Counted from the stretch's first letter, positions 1 to 14,447 are shown. The stretch is DNA of 64,000 bases from Eledone cirrhosa (GCA_964016885.1 OZ024746.1:63612001-63676000); one strand, 5' to 3'. Translations and numbers: made by a program. The notes: a model not told the origin generated them from the letters alone.

Positions 1-337
1 TTTAATACAATAACCATGACATCAGTTAAGTTTATGGTAATCATGCACTCTGAATCCTAGTTATTAAAATGAGTAAAATAATGTTTGTAGATTTAATTGA
101 ATATGTATAAAAAAAGAACAAAGATATTTTTTTTTTTAGTAACTGTGTTAATGTGTAAATTTTTGTCACCTTTTACATTAAATGGAACTTCTACGTGGTT
201 GTTGACATGACAGAATAACTAAATAGCCCTTAAATTCATACTGCATTGTCTTAAAAGTGGGAAGGACACATTGGATAATGCTGTCATAGCTAGATACTCA
301 TAAAAAGACAGGAACGTCTCATATGGAATACCTTTAA

Positions 338-520
338 CCCTTTAATGTTCAAACCGGCCAAAATTCTCTACCTCTTTCTGTTGAAACTGGCCGCTCAAAC
401 TGATGTTAAGGTAGTTCTCAAAATAAATACTTTCAAAATCTCAGATTCGATATTATGTGAGGTAAAGCCTTTACCATGAAAATATAATAGTATATATAAA
501 ATAATGTGAATGCTAAAGGG
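338..520 (+). mobile_element. piggyBac-type MITE (family MITE1)
   Basis: TTAA|CCCTTTA...TGCTAAAGGG|TTAA termini. Confidence 0.85.
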
Positions 521-3500
521 TTAAGTATAGGTCTGTTCAATTGGGGATTGACTTGAAGATAAAAAAACAACACATTTATTTTTACTTAGGTTTAGACACC
601 ATTGTAGTAAAACAATCTTTTACAAAATTTCTAGTTAATTCTATCCACCAATCTGAGGTGCAGCTTGCTCCAGCTCCTCCTCAACATTTCTACATCTGAT
701 TTTCAATGCTTGCATGGATGGGACAGCTGGGTTCTCTTTGGGACAGCATCTCTCCACTCAGCATTCCTTCATCATCATGTCAGTTTCAGTGATTTTGAAG
801 CCATTTCTCACCACTTCCACACAGAAAACCTTCCCTTGGCAACAATACCAGTAGGTATGAGTTTTTTGTTGAGCTTTATTTTTTCAAGAAGTGATCTAAT
901 TAGCAGTGGAGTGGGTGCTTTGAAAGCATAGTAGCTAGAATAAGAACAGTTATAGAAGAGGTTTAGAGAGCTACTACTCCTGTTGGAAACAAAACGTTTC
1001 TCCATATGAACAGAAGGTCGACTGTATGATACTTGTGTGTGATGCTACGTAATAGTGAAACATGGGCAGTGAACAAAGAGAGCATACTTTGATTGATGTG
1101 CAATGTTAATGACAAAACATGGATGAAAGAGGAATCAGATGTAGTCTGCAGGAGAGAAGACACATGTGATGTGTATGAATGATAATTACTGGATGGAGAA
1201 GTACCAAGAAATCCCAGTGGAAGGAAGCTGCAGTAGATGAAGACTAAAGAGACCTGGGCAGAAATGGTGAGAGCTGATTTCATATTGCTGAAGCTCATGG
1301 AAGAGATGGCAAAGAATTGCAATGAGGGAAAAGATGCTGTACTGAAAAAGATCCATCTAAGCATACAGGTGTGGAAAAGTGGATGTAAAATAATTGTTTC
1401 TACTTTTGGCACAAGGCCAGCAATTACCCAGTGCATTACTGGTACTTTATTTCATCGACCCCGTGAGGATGAAAGGCAAAGTTTAAAATAATGATGATGA
1501 ATCTGAAATGCACTTACTATCTCATACATACAAAGCCAACCCCTTTCTTTAAATATAGATTAACACTACAAATACTTAGTTACCTTCAATTATTTGTCTC
1601 AAGTTTCCACTGTAAGTTAACTCATCTCCAGTCCTGTTCCAGTACAATATTACATTATACACCCCATCTATCCTTTATATGGGAACAACGAAAACTATCT
1701 TCAGCAAAAAAAAGCAGCTACAATTCTCAACTCCTTTCATCTCCTTACCCAACATTCAGAACTTTCAACACTAATTAGGTCACATGTTTTTGATTTTATG
1801 TAGCAACAGCTAAATAAATATGAAACACAGGTCACTTGAAAGAATGGTAACCTTGATTTACTTAAATTAGACAGCAGGACTTGAAACTAAGAATGTATAT
1901 TGTCTATATTTTATTTAAAAGGTTCGTTTAACATTAATGAAATATATATAGAGAGAGGAAAAAATATAGAATGTTCACACACACACAATTATATAAGTTA
2001 GAAACTATGGACTTGTCTGTGTTATTTACATATTCAACTAGCTATCTTGAACAAACAACCGATAAAAATATTCATGGGGCAAAGTTCTATTTACAGTGAC
2101 AAAAAAGAAAAAGAAAGGAATAAAAAGAACCTAGTCTGTAGTATTTGACTATCAATCTTTCTAGATTCTATATTTTACCGATCTCTAATTGGTTAACGTC
2201 TCAAAACTGATGCATTCACGCAAAACGCCCCAACAAGAATTCTTATAATAGCAAATATGAAACTCGTAACTGAATTCTATACTCCCATGCTTCTTTGCCT
2301 CTAACGAACTGCATCTTCTCTTGCGTTAAGAGGAATTCTAACTCCTTCGGGCTCCAGGGAGATGAAAGTGGCTTTAACAGAGTGAATACGTCTGAACAGG
2401 GGGAGGGGGGCTTCACACAAAATATGGCAATAAGGGTGGGATGCTGTTTCGATAAGATCTAAATTTGACAGTTTGTTAACGAATTTTAAGAATGGACTCG
2501 TGCCTAGCCTATGTATTAGCGGCACGGGGTAAAGAATTTGACTGCGTTGGTCAACACAATTTATTGAGTAATGAAGAATTACAAATAGGTATGCCTTTGA
2601 GAGTGGTGCTGATTTTAGTGCTCTATGTAAATGTCGTTGCGAAGATAAGTCCATAGATTGCTTAATATTGCATGCATCTTCCTATCACTTGAATGCCGGT
2701 AGATTTCCCATACGTTCTGAGAACAAAATAATAAAGCAAGCATTTGCCTCAAATAGTAATTCTGTCAGTCCTGGAGACATTCGCTTTGTCTTATACTGAT
2801 TGCAAAAGAACATTTGATATGATTGTGTCCCTCTAGTAGAAAACACTTTCTATTCAGAGATGCTGATTTGGTGGATTATTTTGATGTAAGTCATGTCATG
2901 AGCTGTGCAGTTTTTGCTGATTTATCGGCAGAACAGATAAAGATATTTAAATAATCAATGTTGACGATCAACTATATTTTTCAAGCAATTGCTTTTGAAA
3001 CCAGGTGTGTTTACAACCACTTCACAATCATTTTTATCAGACTTTGGTTTAAAACTTAAAACAACATAGGAACGACGAGAATGCGCATGGATCTGTGTAA
3101 GAATATCACTAGTAATTGTATGAGAAATTGTTTCCACTAATCTATTTTCAATTGCACAGCTTTTTCGTTGATTATTACCTTCTATTACACTTTATACAAT
3201 GTGTGAATATGTAACTACTCTAACAACATTATGTTTCTATCTCGAAAACGTTTTAGAATACATCTAAAACACAGGCCTACCCCTCCACACAGCTCAGGTA
3301 CTTATAAGTAATTAACTCACTCACACTCACAAACATGTAACTCAAGCTTCGTGGTAGGACTGAAACCTGATACACATAAAAGATGGTAAAAGAAAGGCAA
3401 AAAAAAAAAAAAAAATAAATAAATTAGGAACACAAGCCTAAGATTTAAAGAGAAGAAAGAGTGTTTCCAGTTGTTCATGCTTTTCCCAAAAAGCATTAAT

Positions 3501-5049
3501 AAAGTAAGAGTAAGCAATCGGTAACTAGGAATCAGAGAATTATAAATCTATATGCAATATATCTAAAATTGGGGTTTCTTTAGAATCTTTTAATATCTTG
3601 GATTATTTAAAATTTAATCGGAAAGACCTTTTAAAAGCAACAATTACTTGGGATGTAATTTTGATGTAAATTTATAGCTTGCAATTAATTTTCTTTTCTT
3701 TTATTTTGTAATTTTCAAATTCGTAAAATAAAATAAAAAACTCTAAAATACGTTCAATATTACAGCAATGTGTATGTAACATGTTACTTTACATAAAAAG
3801 CATTAATGAGGTTTTTTTTTCTATTTAGTACTCTGTGGTCTTCGGCGCCAAATACGCCGGCACATTTTAAATTAGATGCTGCTCTAAAAATGTGTGTTCA
3901 GTTTTTATAATTGCTAATTTTTTTCCATTCAGGTAAGAAATTAGTAAGATACATGTACTCCATAGCCGTGAACGAAACATTAAATTTACATTAAAACCAA
4001 TAATCATTGAATTATTATAAAATATATATATATATATTTCTGTAAAACAAGCTTTCATTTTAACTGAAATCAATTGCTACTACTAACATTACTACGACTA
4101 ATAGCATACGGAAACTTAAAACACGATTAAACTGACTCAAATTTACAATGATCAAAAAAGGACTGAGAAATAGCAAGTAGTTCTTACGATGTAATTATAA
4201 TTTAAGATCATATTTGAATATGTTTGATGATTTTTTTATAATACAAGAAAACAAAAAAATATACTGGACACGTTTTTTTTCGATGCGATGTAAACAAAAA
4301 TGTCCTTTTAAATATAACATGTCTATTAAATAAAAAAAAAATCAATAGCATAGGTTTATCTTATACACTTATATTTCTAAGTTTAATTATAATTAATTTT
4401 CAAATGTTAACACCATAAGAATAACAAAATGTGCAATTTAAATTAGGGAGGTTTGCAAATACCACTCTGACAAACACTATGTAATCGATAATAAAAATAA
4501 AAAAATAAAACACAAACATAGAAATCAATAAGCAATTAGGAATTATAACCAAATATCAAATCTGGATCACACATTTGAACAAATTAAGCTTCTAAAAATT
4601 AATACAATAAAGTATTTTAAAAATGATAGTGAACATATTTAGAATATCTTAAGAAATTTCGGAAGAGTGGGGGTGTAAATTTGAAGTGAACACAATAGTG
4701 AGAAAATATGAGGAATGCAAATTTATTATAAAGCAAACATCATTTTCTCTTTTCCTAAATCAGTTAAATTTAATTAGTTTTTGTTTGCTTTAATGCAACA
4801 TTCCATAACAGTATGTAATTCAAGAAAAGGGCACATGTTTTTATCTTAAATCGGTGTAGCGTTACCGGTGTTTGTGCCTCGTGTAAAGCTTTAATTAAAC
4901 AATGCCGACTTAAAAGAATAGTAAAATCTTACAAGTTGACTACTAAAAATTACTACAAAGAAAAAACTGATAAAAATAAAGCAACGCCATAGCTTCATGA
5001 GGAAATTTAAAACAACATGCATAATAGTATTTCTCTGCAACTGGCTTAC

Positions 5050-5076
5050 CTCGTATATATCCTCCTCGCTGGACAT
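5050..5076 (-). CDS. Candidate first coding exon (MSSEEDIYE) of an unidentified leftward gene
   Basis: aaaATG context, 9 codons, strong donor GAG|gtaagc (phase 0), in unique sequence. Confidence 0.5.
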
Positions 5077-5964
5077 TTTTCAAATACAGTGCTTTCCCAT
5101 CATTCACAGCAGTTAATGGTATAAGCTTTATGTTCCATCAATGACCTAATTCACGTTTTCTGCTGCTGGTTTCTAATCAAGATTTGTCTACCAATTGCGT
5201 TATGAACCCATTTCTCCTATATAACCATATATATTTATTCACTTTCAGATATATACATATTTATATATATAATTGTTAGCTTAAAATTTGACGAAAAAAT
5301 ATTTTTGTTGATTCAGTAAAATCTTATCAGAACCTATATTTATATATATTTTTTTATCAACGTCTTTGTTTTTGTTATATATCATAGAGAAAAAAATTGT
5401 ATTTATATATTTTGATTATTTTTTTCCTTTTTCTAAATGGGTATTTTTTGTAAATAATTGATTGAGTATGATATAATGTTTATATTTTTTCAATGCAAAA
5501 AAAAAAAAATGGTTTAAATATGAACTATACAAATAAAATGTCCTTAAATATGAGCTACATTATAAAGGATTATTTTATTAGTAACCACAAAGTAGCTGTT
5601 TCAAATATGTCTTTTACTCATGGAGTACTCATGTATCAAAAGAATTAAGTTTAATACTAAAATAGTTTTAAATAACCAAATAAATATTTGTTATCTTAAG
5701 TGAAAAAGGGGATACAATATTTTAATATCTACTTTTATTATCTACCTTTTTCTTGTTTTTAGAATGACCATTGATGTTTTTTTTTTATTTTTGCTGTAAC
5801 AAGGTGAAAACAGATTTTTTGAAAATATCTAAAAAAAAAATTAAGATAATTACTAGTTACTATATTTTCTAGATAGTAACTGGTAATTACTATTGTAATA
5901 ATACTTAGCACAAATACACTATTGTTCTCACTTATGATAATAACAATAATTATTATTATTATTT

Positions 5965-6910
5965 TGGATTCACTTAGGGATTATGAGTGGGTAGCCAACA
6001 GGTTGGGGTAGGAGGTCCAAATTCCTTACAAACCGGCGCAGGCACTTACAACTGTCCAACAATTTTTGTCTGGTGTCTGGGTTTCCCTCTAATGTATCAA
6101 TGTGAACTTGGACAAATCACAGTAGGTCATCCTTACACATTACATCTAATTTCATTAGAGTAGTAGATAAAATTAGTGTGAGCTGTCCACAGTTTCAGAT
6201 AGTGGGGTATACAGACCACAAATGTGTGACCTATACAGTCAACTTCGAACAGACTAATAGGTAGGATCCTGGTTACTGGAAACTGAGCGCATCTTTCTGA
6301 GCACAGAAATAGTTCAGAGACTGGATTTGTGAACTTGTCAGACAGGGGCGATTATAAATAGCAGATGGTGGGTTTCGTTAAAGAGAAAAATTGTAGCAGT
6401 GTTAGTGAGTTTCAGCGAAGAGTTAGCTATAGAAAACTGCAGAGTAGAGAAAGAGCTAGTTAGTCATTTAGAAGAAGTACATAGAAGTGGAATCACAACT
6501 GATATACTGCTGTCAAGAATGGCCCTTGACTATTTCTTTGATTTGAAACGAAGGATGCGTTGTCCACTCTAAAACACATACAATAAAGGATGTAGCTTCA
6601 GGAGCGGTTCAATGGGCCTTGCTGGCAGAAGCACAACAACAAAGCGACAATTCAATCTCTGACAGACAGCAGGGGGCACATGAAATCTGACCCTAAGCAG
6701 ATGTGTGCAATTTTCCAACAGCATTTTGCTGAACTTTTTGCAAGGAGCAGTGATCTGGAGATGAAAGACTTCAGCTCCTATCTTAACAGCTTCCCACAAC
6801 TCTCAACCAGAAAGGCAAGGTGTCGCAAAAAAAAACCACTCTCAGCAAATGAAGTTGCTGATGTGCTGAGTTAGTGTGTAAAGGGCAAAGTGCTGAGCTA
6901 GTGTGTAAAT
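5965..6910 (+). mobile_element. Degenerate Tx1/L1-type ORF2 fragment (end of endonuclease and linker)
   Basis: Broken frames give ...GYTDH..., PGYWKL, and IFQQHFAELF...PLSANEVADVL..CVKGK. Confidence 0.65.
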
Positions 6911-7799
6911 TTAATAATGTTCCTTTACATTCTAATTTCAAATTTTGTCAACATCAAGAAAATGAGCATGGGTAAAGTATTCCTTCCTTCCTTGAGCTCC
7001 CAACTTCTAATGGAGTCATATCAGTGTTATCTTGGACGTTTCAAACTTGGTGGAGATCCCTCTCTTCAGATTTGTCCACAACCAATTTCTTCCAGAGAAA
7101 AAGAGAGATGGGGAAACAGAGCAAGGGAGAGAGAGAAGAAGAATTGACCCCAATACTAGACAAGACTAGTACTGTTATTTTATTGATATCAAGAGGATTA
7201 AAGGAAATGTTGACTTCAGCTAGATTTGAATTCAGAACTCTGTAACAACTCCGCTAACTCCACACTTTGAGTCAAGTATGCCCCTTCCCCAGTATTTGTT
7301 GTCACAACAAAAAACACCCAGTCCACCCTGTAAGGTGGTAGTGATGGAGTCATAATAAAATGATCCCAGTACACTCTGTAAAGTAGTTGGTGTTAGGAAG
7401 GACATCCGGCCATAGATACTATGTTCCCAGTACACACTGTAATGTGGTTGGAATTAGGAAGAGCATCCAGCTGTAGAAAACATGCTCCCAGTACATGCTG
7501 TAAAGTGGTTGGTGTTAGGAAAGGCATCCAGCTGTAGAAACCAAGCCAAAAGAAAGCATATGATCAGGACTTGTCTCCTCCCCTGTATGGCCTCAGTATA
7601 TCTAACCCATGTAAACAGAGAAAGTAAGTGAATATTACATGGCATTTTGTCTGATTTGTAAAATTAAGAGAAGGTGGTAGATGTTACACAAGTGGTAGAA
7701 AGCCCTAAGAAAAATGCCATTATGATATGTGCTACATCTGTACTATCACAATTTTCTCCCTTACACACTACATCTAATTTTCTTCAACTCATCTGTACT

Positions 7800-8370
7800 T
7801 TGTTGGCCTGGTGTCAAAGTCAGGAATTATTACTTTTAAGGTGGTGAATGAACATGGCCCCAGTTATCAGAAGAAGAGAAGTAGGTGTAAAAGCTAAACT
7901 TGCTATTTTCAATTCAGTATTCATGCCAGCCATTACATATGGTCATGAATCTTGAGTAATGACCTAAAGAATGTGATCGCAAATACAAATGACCAAAATG
8001 GTGTTCCTCCAAAGAGCGTTTGGAGTAAAGTTACTTGATGGAGTGCATAGCTTGGCGATGAGAGAGTTGCTCCAGGTAGAGCCGCTACTTCTCTGAATTG
8101 AGAGATCACAGCTCTGATATTAAGGACATGTACTTTGAATATCTCTGGAAAGAATTCTGCGACAGATTTTATGTGCAAAACTAACAGGCAGGAAATTCAG
8201 GGGTAGACCCCGCGCAAGATGATTAGATAACATCCATGAGCTCGATTAGTCCTTATTGGGGATCCAGCTGGATCAATTGGAGATGGTTGCTTCTAACAGG
8301 ACCTATTCGAAGGAGTGTTTGAGGACACTGCCCTCATGACCCCCAGGTATAAGTTGGGAAAGAAGAACAA
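7800..8370 (+). mobile_element. Old RTE-type LINE C-terminal relic
   Basis: KAKLAIFNSVFMPAITYGHES and a GRPR..W-like motif, with many stops. Confidence 0.7.
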
Positions 8371-8776
8371 GGTAGTGGTAGTTGTGATTGCCATAATGGT
8401 GGTGGTAAATGACAGAAATGGTAGACTGCTGGGATAAATCTTAATTAGTTTAAATCTTAATTAATTTGACTTTGCTCTTTATTTCTGGGTTCAATAAAAT
8501 AAACCCCAACAATATATTGATATTAATTTGGTTGAGCCTATGCTATAAGGAATAAAAATATTGTTATTATTATTGATTGGCAGAGAGGATAGTGTATTGG
8601 AAGAACCTTGCAATATTTATTCCAGCTCTTTAAATTCTAAGTTCAAATTTTGTTTTTCATTCTTTAGGGTTAATTTAATCAAGTAATACCCCCCCCCCCC
8701 CCAATTTCTCTCCTTGAGCCTATATCAAAAACAATTATTTTATTATTATTATTATTGTTATTTATTATTATCGAAA

Positions 8777-10295
8777 GGGCGGTGGATTAGCAGTATCAGT
8801 AGAGCATCGGACAACATGCTTTGCAGCATAGAGTTACGAATCTTTATGTTTTAAGTTCAAATCCCACTGAGATCAACTTTGCCGTTCATCATTCTGGGGT
8901 CGACACAATAGAATACTGGTTAATTATTGGTTTCGATATATTGGATTTTCCCCTTGCCTCAAATTGCTGGCCTTGTGCCTATGTTAAAATATTAATAAAG
9001 AAATCATTATTTTTGGATTGGCAGTATCGGTAGAGAGTCGGACGCCATGCTTTGACACATAGAGTTACGGCCCTTGCCATTCTGAGTTCAAATCCCGCCG
9101 AGGTTAACTTTGCCTTTTATCCTTACGGGGTCGATAAAATAAAGTACCAGTAATGTACTGGATAATTGCTGGCCTTGTGCCAAAAGTAGAAACAATTGTT
9201 ATTGGATTGGCAGTATCGGTAGAACGTCAGACAACATGCTTTGTGACAGAGTTACGGCCCTTTATGCTCTCATTGCAAGTCCTACTGGTTAGCTTTGCCT
9301 TTCATCCTTATGGGGTCGATAAAATAAAGCACTAGTAACACACAGGAGTCAATTTAATCAAACTTTTTCCGCCCACTAAAATTGTTAGCCTTGTGCCTAT
9401 ACCAGAAACCATTATTGTAAGGCACCAAATAACAGAGTCAGTAAACTTTTAGACAAAAATCCCTTGTATTTAGTTGTCCCTTTATATTTTCAGTTCAACT
9501 TCGCCATTCATCTCCCTAATATTGATAAAACACTTACCGATCAATTGCTAGAATTGTTTTAATTTACTCTACCCCACCTTCATTGTTATTATTGATTTGA
9601 TCAAATATTTTCGTCTCTTATAAACTTGTATAGATGTAAGAAATCATCACCATCGTTATAATTATTGAGATTGACAGAATCAGTAGGGCGCCGGACAACA
9701 TGCTGTTTAGCATAGAGTTACGGCCCTTTATGGTCTGAGTTCGAATTCGGCCGAGGTTAACTTTGCCTTGCAACCCTACAGCGTCGATAAAATAAAGCAC
9801 CAGTAACGAACTGGGGTTGATTAATCGACTTTCCCCTCCCCCAAATTACTGGCCTTGTGCCTATACTAGAAATCATTATTGGGATTGGCAAAATCAGTAG
9901 GGCGCCGGACAACATGCTGTTTAGCATAGAGTTACGGCCCTTTATGGTCTGAGTTCGAATTCGGCCGAGGTTAACTTTGCCTTGCAACCCTACAGCGTCG
10001 ATAAAATAAAGCACCAGTAACGAACTGGGGTTGATTAATCGACTTTCCCCTCCCCCAAATTACTGGCCTTGTGCCTATACTAGAAATCATTATTGGGATT
10101 GGCAAAATCAGTAGGGCGCCGGACAACATGCTGTGTAGCATAGAGTTACGGCCCTTTACGGTCTGAGTTCAAATACCGCCGAGGTTAACTTTGCCTTACA
10201 GGGTCGATAAAACAAAGCATCAGGAAAGTACTGGGGTCAATTTAATCGACTTTCTCCTCCCCAAATTGCTGCCCTTGTGCCTAAATCTGATACCT
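8777..10295 (+). mobile_element. Head-to-tail cluster of about 6-7 copies of a second tRNA-derived SINE family (SINE-A), including a 214-bp tandem duplication
   Basis: Repeated GGATTGGCAG...GAGTTCAAATCCCGCCGAGG...CTTTGCCTTTCATCC...GTCGATAAAATAAAGTACCAG...GGCCTTGTGCC..AGAAAC-ATT units; GGCGCCGG recurs at 9687, 9901 and 10115. Confidence 0.9.
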
Positions 10296-10394
10296 TACTT
10301 TCATTGGGCATTGTCACTTAATTACTAAGCACAGTTTTGCATGCCTTAGGTATGTGCAAATGTTGTTTTTGGTATTGTTATTTTTATTATATTG

Positions 10395-10745
10395 AAAATA
10401 CTCATCATAATGTGTGCAGTACCTTACCTTCCCAATCTTTTCTTAATGTGGTTTTCTCTAATAGATTTCCAACCATGATTTCATTGTCTTTGTGATTGTA
10501 CCAATAGTACCCAATATGCCTGGTACAATTTCAACCTTTTTGACACTCTTGCTGTTACTCACTTTAGATCTTTGTATTTCTCAATATTTTCTTGTTCAGT
10601 CTCACATACTCTGTCGTCATCTGGAGATTCTATATTGTGCAGTGTCTTTCCTTTTTTTATGATAACAATGTCTGGTCTTCTAGCTTCAATCATTTGCACA
10701 CATTGTAGGTTGAACTCTCACAACAACAGTATTTCTGCATTTTCT
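10395..10745 (-). mobile_element. Degenerate R4/Dong-type LINE fragment (restriction-like endonuclease region)
   Basis: Minus-strand translation gives ARRPDIVII...EKYKDLK...VEIVPGILGTIG. Confidence 0.7.
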
Positions 10746-11937
10746 CCCATTATTTTAAGTTGGAGGAGGAGGCAAAGAAGAAGAAGAAGAAAGTGTTGGG
10801 GGTTTTGAAGGCATGTCTAAGGGCTGTGTCCCCACAAGATAACCCTCTTAGGAATATGTGAGCAAAGAAAAAGATAACAGTTCACATTTTCATTAATGAG
10901 TCATAATTACAGGATTGGATTAGCCATTAAGCAAAATAAGGACATATTTAGGACATCAAGGAAAGAAGGGCACCAGATTTATTTAAATGAAATGTTTTAG
11001 TCATTCCTGACAAAACTTTCTTTGCATACTTTATATATGGAGAGCAGAATAATCTTTTAAGCACTTGAGGCATCAACAGGGCTTAATCCAGCCTAGCACA
11101 GCTAAATTAATAAGGTTTCAGAGTGTCAGAATGTTAGTCAATGTATTAATCCAGGGATTCCCCCACACTTTTTATACCATTGTGTGGTCGGCATTAGGAA
11201 GGGCATCCGTTGTAGAAAATGGGCCAAAATCAGTTCTGTGTGAGCAAAACACAGTCCCCCCGACTTGTCTCACAACAAGACAACTCGTCTAACTCATGCT
11301 AGCAGGGAAAATAGATGTTAAATGATGATGATGATGACGCCTTCATGAAATTCTTGAATACCCCTCCGCCCACACTCATCAACTCCAGAGAGATACAGAA
11401 ATAAATATGTAAAGCAGCAATGAGAATAAAAATATAAGGCAAAAATAAATTAGACAATAATGACTAAGTATAAATAAATCAAAAACCTGTATAAGCAAGT
11501 TGTATTGTATTGTATTATTTTATGTATTTCCATTTCTTATTCAAATGTCGGGTTTTGGCAGAAAGGTTTAGTTGACTCCAGCCCACCCACTTCCATTTTG
11601 GAGTAATCCAATTGAACTAGGTGGTGGGAAAGTTGATGTTGACCATTCTGGGGACCCTGATTTAATGGTTTGTTTATTGCAGCAAAGAAACTTATCCATA
11701 TATTTGTTGGTGTATGTATGTGTGTGTGTGTCTGTGTAGGTATGTATGTGTGTGTATGTATGTATGTATTTTATGTATGTATGTAGGTATGTGTGTATGT
11801 ATGTATGTACCTGTAACTCCTGGCGAAGTCGTGGGCATTTTTTAAACCTGGCAAAGCCCATCTCCTTTCCCGGTCTGAACATAGTCGATTTCTTCCACGG
11901 AAAAAGGAAGAATGCATTGAAAAATATCTTTAATTCA

Positions 11938-12126
11938 TAATTGTTTCTACTTTTGGCACAAGGCCAGCAATTATCTCAGTGTATTACTGGTACTTTATTT
12001 TATCGACCCCGTAAGGATGAAAGGCAAAGTTAACATCGGCGGCAATTGAACTCAGACCATAAAGGGCTGTAACTCTTTGCGTCAAAGCATGGCGCCCGAC
12101 CCTCTACCGATACTGCCAATCCACCC
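11938..12126 (-). mobile_element. SINE-A copy
   Basis: Reverse complement of the family pattern. Confidence 0.85.
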
Positions 12127-12256
12127 ATAATATTGTATCATTAGGGCTGACCAGGAGCTAAAAAATAAGGGTTTCTGATTTAGGCACAAGGCCAACAGTT
12201 TTTTGGGGGGGAGATGAAAGTTGACTAAATCGATCCCAGTTCGTTACTGGTACTTA

Positions 12257-12445
12257 AAAAACAACAACGAGGACGACAGTGACAATAACAACAACAATAA
12301 TAGTGACGATGACTGCAGCAGCAACAACAACAACAATAAGAATAATGACGATGACTGCAACAACAACAATAAGAATAATGACGATGACCGCAACAACAAC
12401 AGCAGCAATAATAGTGACGATGACTGCAACAACAACAACAACAAT
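12257..12445. repeat. (AAC/GAC/AAT)n compound microsatellite with 30-36 bp higher-order units
   Basis: Repeated AATAATRRTGACGATGACTGCAACAAC-type units. Confidence 0.9.
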
Positions 12446-12818
12446 GTAAGATCCCAGGAATGAAAACGAAACCAAATGAGAAAGTACATCTGTGGTCGAC
12501 TAGGTTGCTAGAAGTAGTAGCTAATTTTCCCACAAATTACATACTTTTATCTCCAAAAGACAGGATGTTCGTGATTTTAATACCTTAGACTGTATATGAT
12601 AGTTGGTTGAAGGTAACACGATCATCAATCAAGACTAAACAACAACAACAACAACAACAACAACGACAACAGCAACAATACCCTCCCCCTTGCAAAAAGA
12701 AAGAGAAAACAAACAAAAAAAGAGGAATAAAAAACAATTTACAGAGAAACAAGAAACCAATAACTGATATTTAAATAAAATGTGCTCTAAAATGTATCGA
12801 TCTCAATATGTTTGTTAC

Positions 12819-12869
12819 CTTTCGTGTTCTTGAGCAGGCAATGGGCAGACGTGAAGGAGTTGGCATCAT
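12819..12869 (-). CDS. Candidate alternative first coding exon (MMPTPSRLPIACSRTRK) of the leftward gene
   Basis: aagATG, 17 codons, donor AAG|gtaaca (phase 0); GC-richer than its flanks. Confidence 0.4.
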
Positions 12870-13215
12870 CTTAGATGTGTATAATAAATGGTAATTAATA
12901 AAGAATAAATAACATCTTATGGGCAATGTCCACCTTTGTAATTGCTTGTTTGATTGTTTGTTTGTTTTTCATTCCTGTGAATTTAACTCCACTTGTCAAA
13001 CCGGATGATCATATAAAGATTTAGATGTGATTTCTGGGTGTGTTGTTTCATATATGTGAGACACAAAGAAAGAAAATAAAATAAATAGTAATAAAAAAAA
13101 ACAACGTGTCTATATCATCTATTTCGTCATTTTACGTCTGCTTTCCAGGCTGACACATACATTTACAGAGTAAGTTTACACACACACACACACACGTATA
13201 TATATATATATATAT

Positions 13216-13397
13216 ATATTTATTAAAATAATAGATTAAAGTTTCAGAAGATCCCGTTAAGGGTGAAAGCAGCGATTCTTTGCTTAAACTTTAATCTGTT
13301 ATTTTAATAAATATTTGCTCTACGGTTCTTATATATTTGATATATATTTATCCTTATCAAGCCGTCTTTGGATTTTAGTCTTCAAATTTATTATTAT

Positions 13398-13458
<61 letters not shown>

Positions 13459-13763
13459 GATATTAAATAAATGGAAACTATATTTATAAAGCCATATTTA
13501 TTCTATTATATATATTTCAAGGGTACCAAAAAACTTTGGTATGCTTTCATCAGATAAAATACAAAGAGTATTTTATAAATTTTGACATAGCCAAGGATAA
13601 TCATGCTTTATCAGTTGAATATTCCCTGGTATTTATAAATATAAATATAGTTTCCATTTATTTAATATCATTGAATATTTACTCCAGAAATCTGTCGAGT
13701 GCTCTGAATCAGTTATAAACATTTATATTTGTTGGATTTCCAACAAATTAAATATCCCTTCTA

Positions 13764-13807
<44 letters not shown>

Positions 13808-14108
13808 TATATATATATATATATGTGTGTGTACCGGACGCACACACACATATATGTATGTATATATATGTACAGAGTAAATTTACAAACACACACGTAT
13901 ATATATAGGAAAATGTATGACCCCGAAGGCAGAGCTCAAGCCGTTAGACTGAATTTAGTCCAGAAATAACTGTCGAAACGGTTTGAGCTCTGTCGTCGGG
14001 GTCATACATTTTCCTATTACCCACTCTATTACCCTAAGTATTGAGTACTCTGGTGCGTTATGGTCCATCTGGTTCCTTACCACAACTCCTTCGTTATATA
14101 TATATGTA

Positions 14109-14185
<77 letters not shown>

Positions 14186-14447
14186 ATATATATATGTGTG
14201 TATGTGTATATATATATATATGTATGTATATATATATATGTGTGTGTGTGTATATATATAATATATATACACACATACATATGTATGTGTGTGTCGGTGT
14301 CTTTCCGGGCTGACACATACATATGCGCAGAGTAAATTTACACATACACACACACACACACATATATACCCCCTCCCCCCATATATATATATATATAGGA
14401 ACGAGTAGGAGGCCGACGGCTGAGCTCAACCCGTTTCGACGGCTAAT

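Noticed and set aside
950-1390. ORFs 963-1436 and 1237-1491 (similar relics at 20140-20430, 59600-60030, 60700-61120, 63780-64000)
   Set aside because: Old RTE C-terminal relics ([12 protein letters not shown] motif), not host genes.
12221-12533. Poly-Asn/Cys/Leu ORFs and a CRISPR-like periodic appearance
   Set aside because: Compound (AAC)n microsatellite; no constant repeat with unique spacers and no cas genes; eukaryotic DNA.
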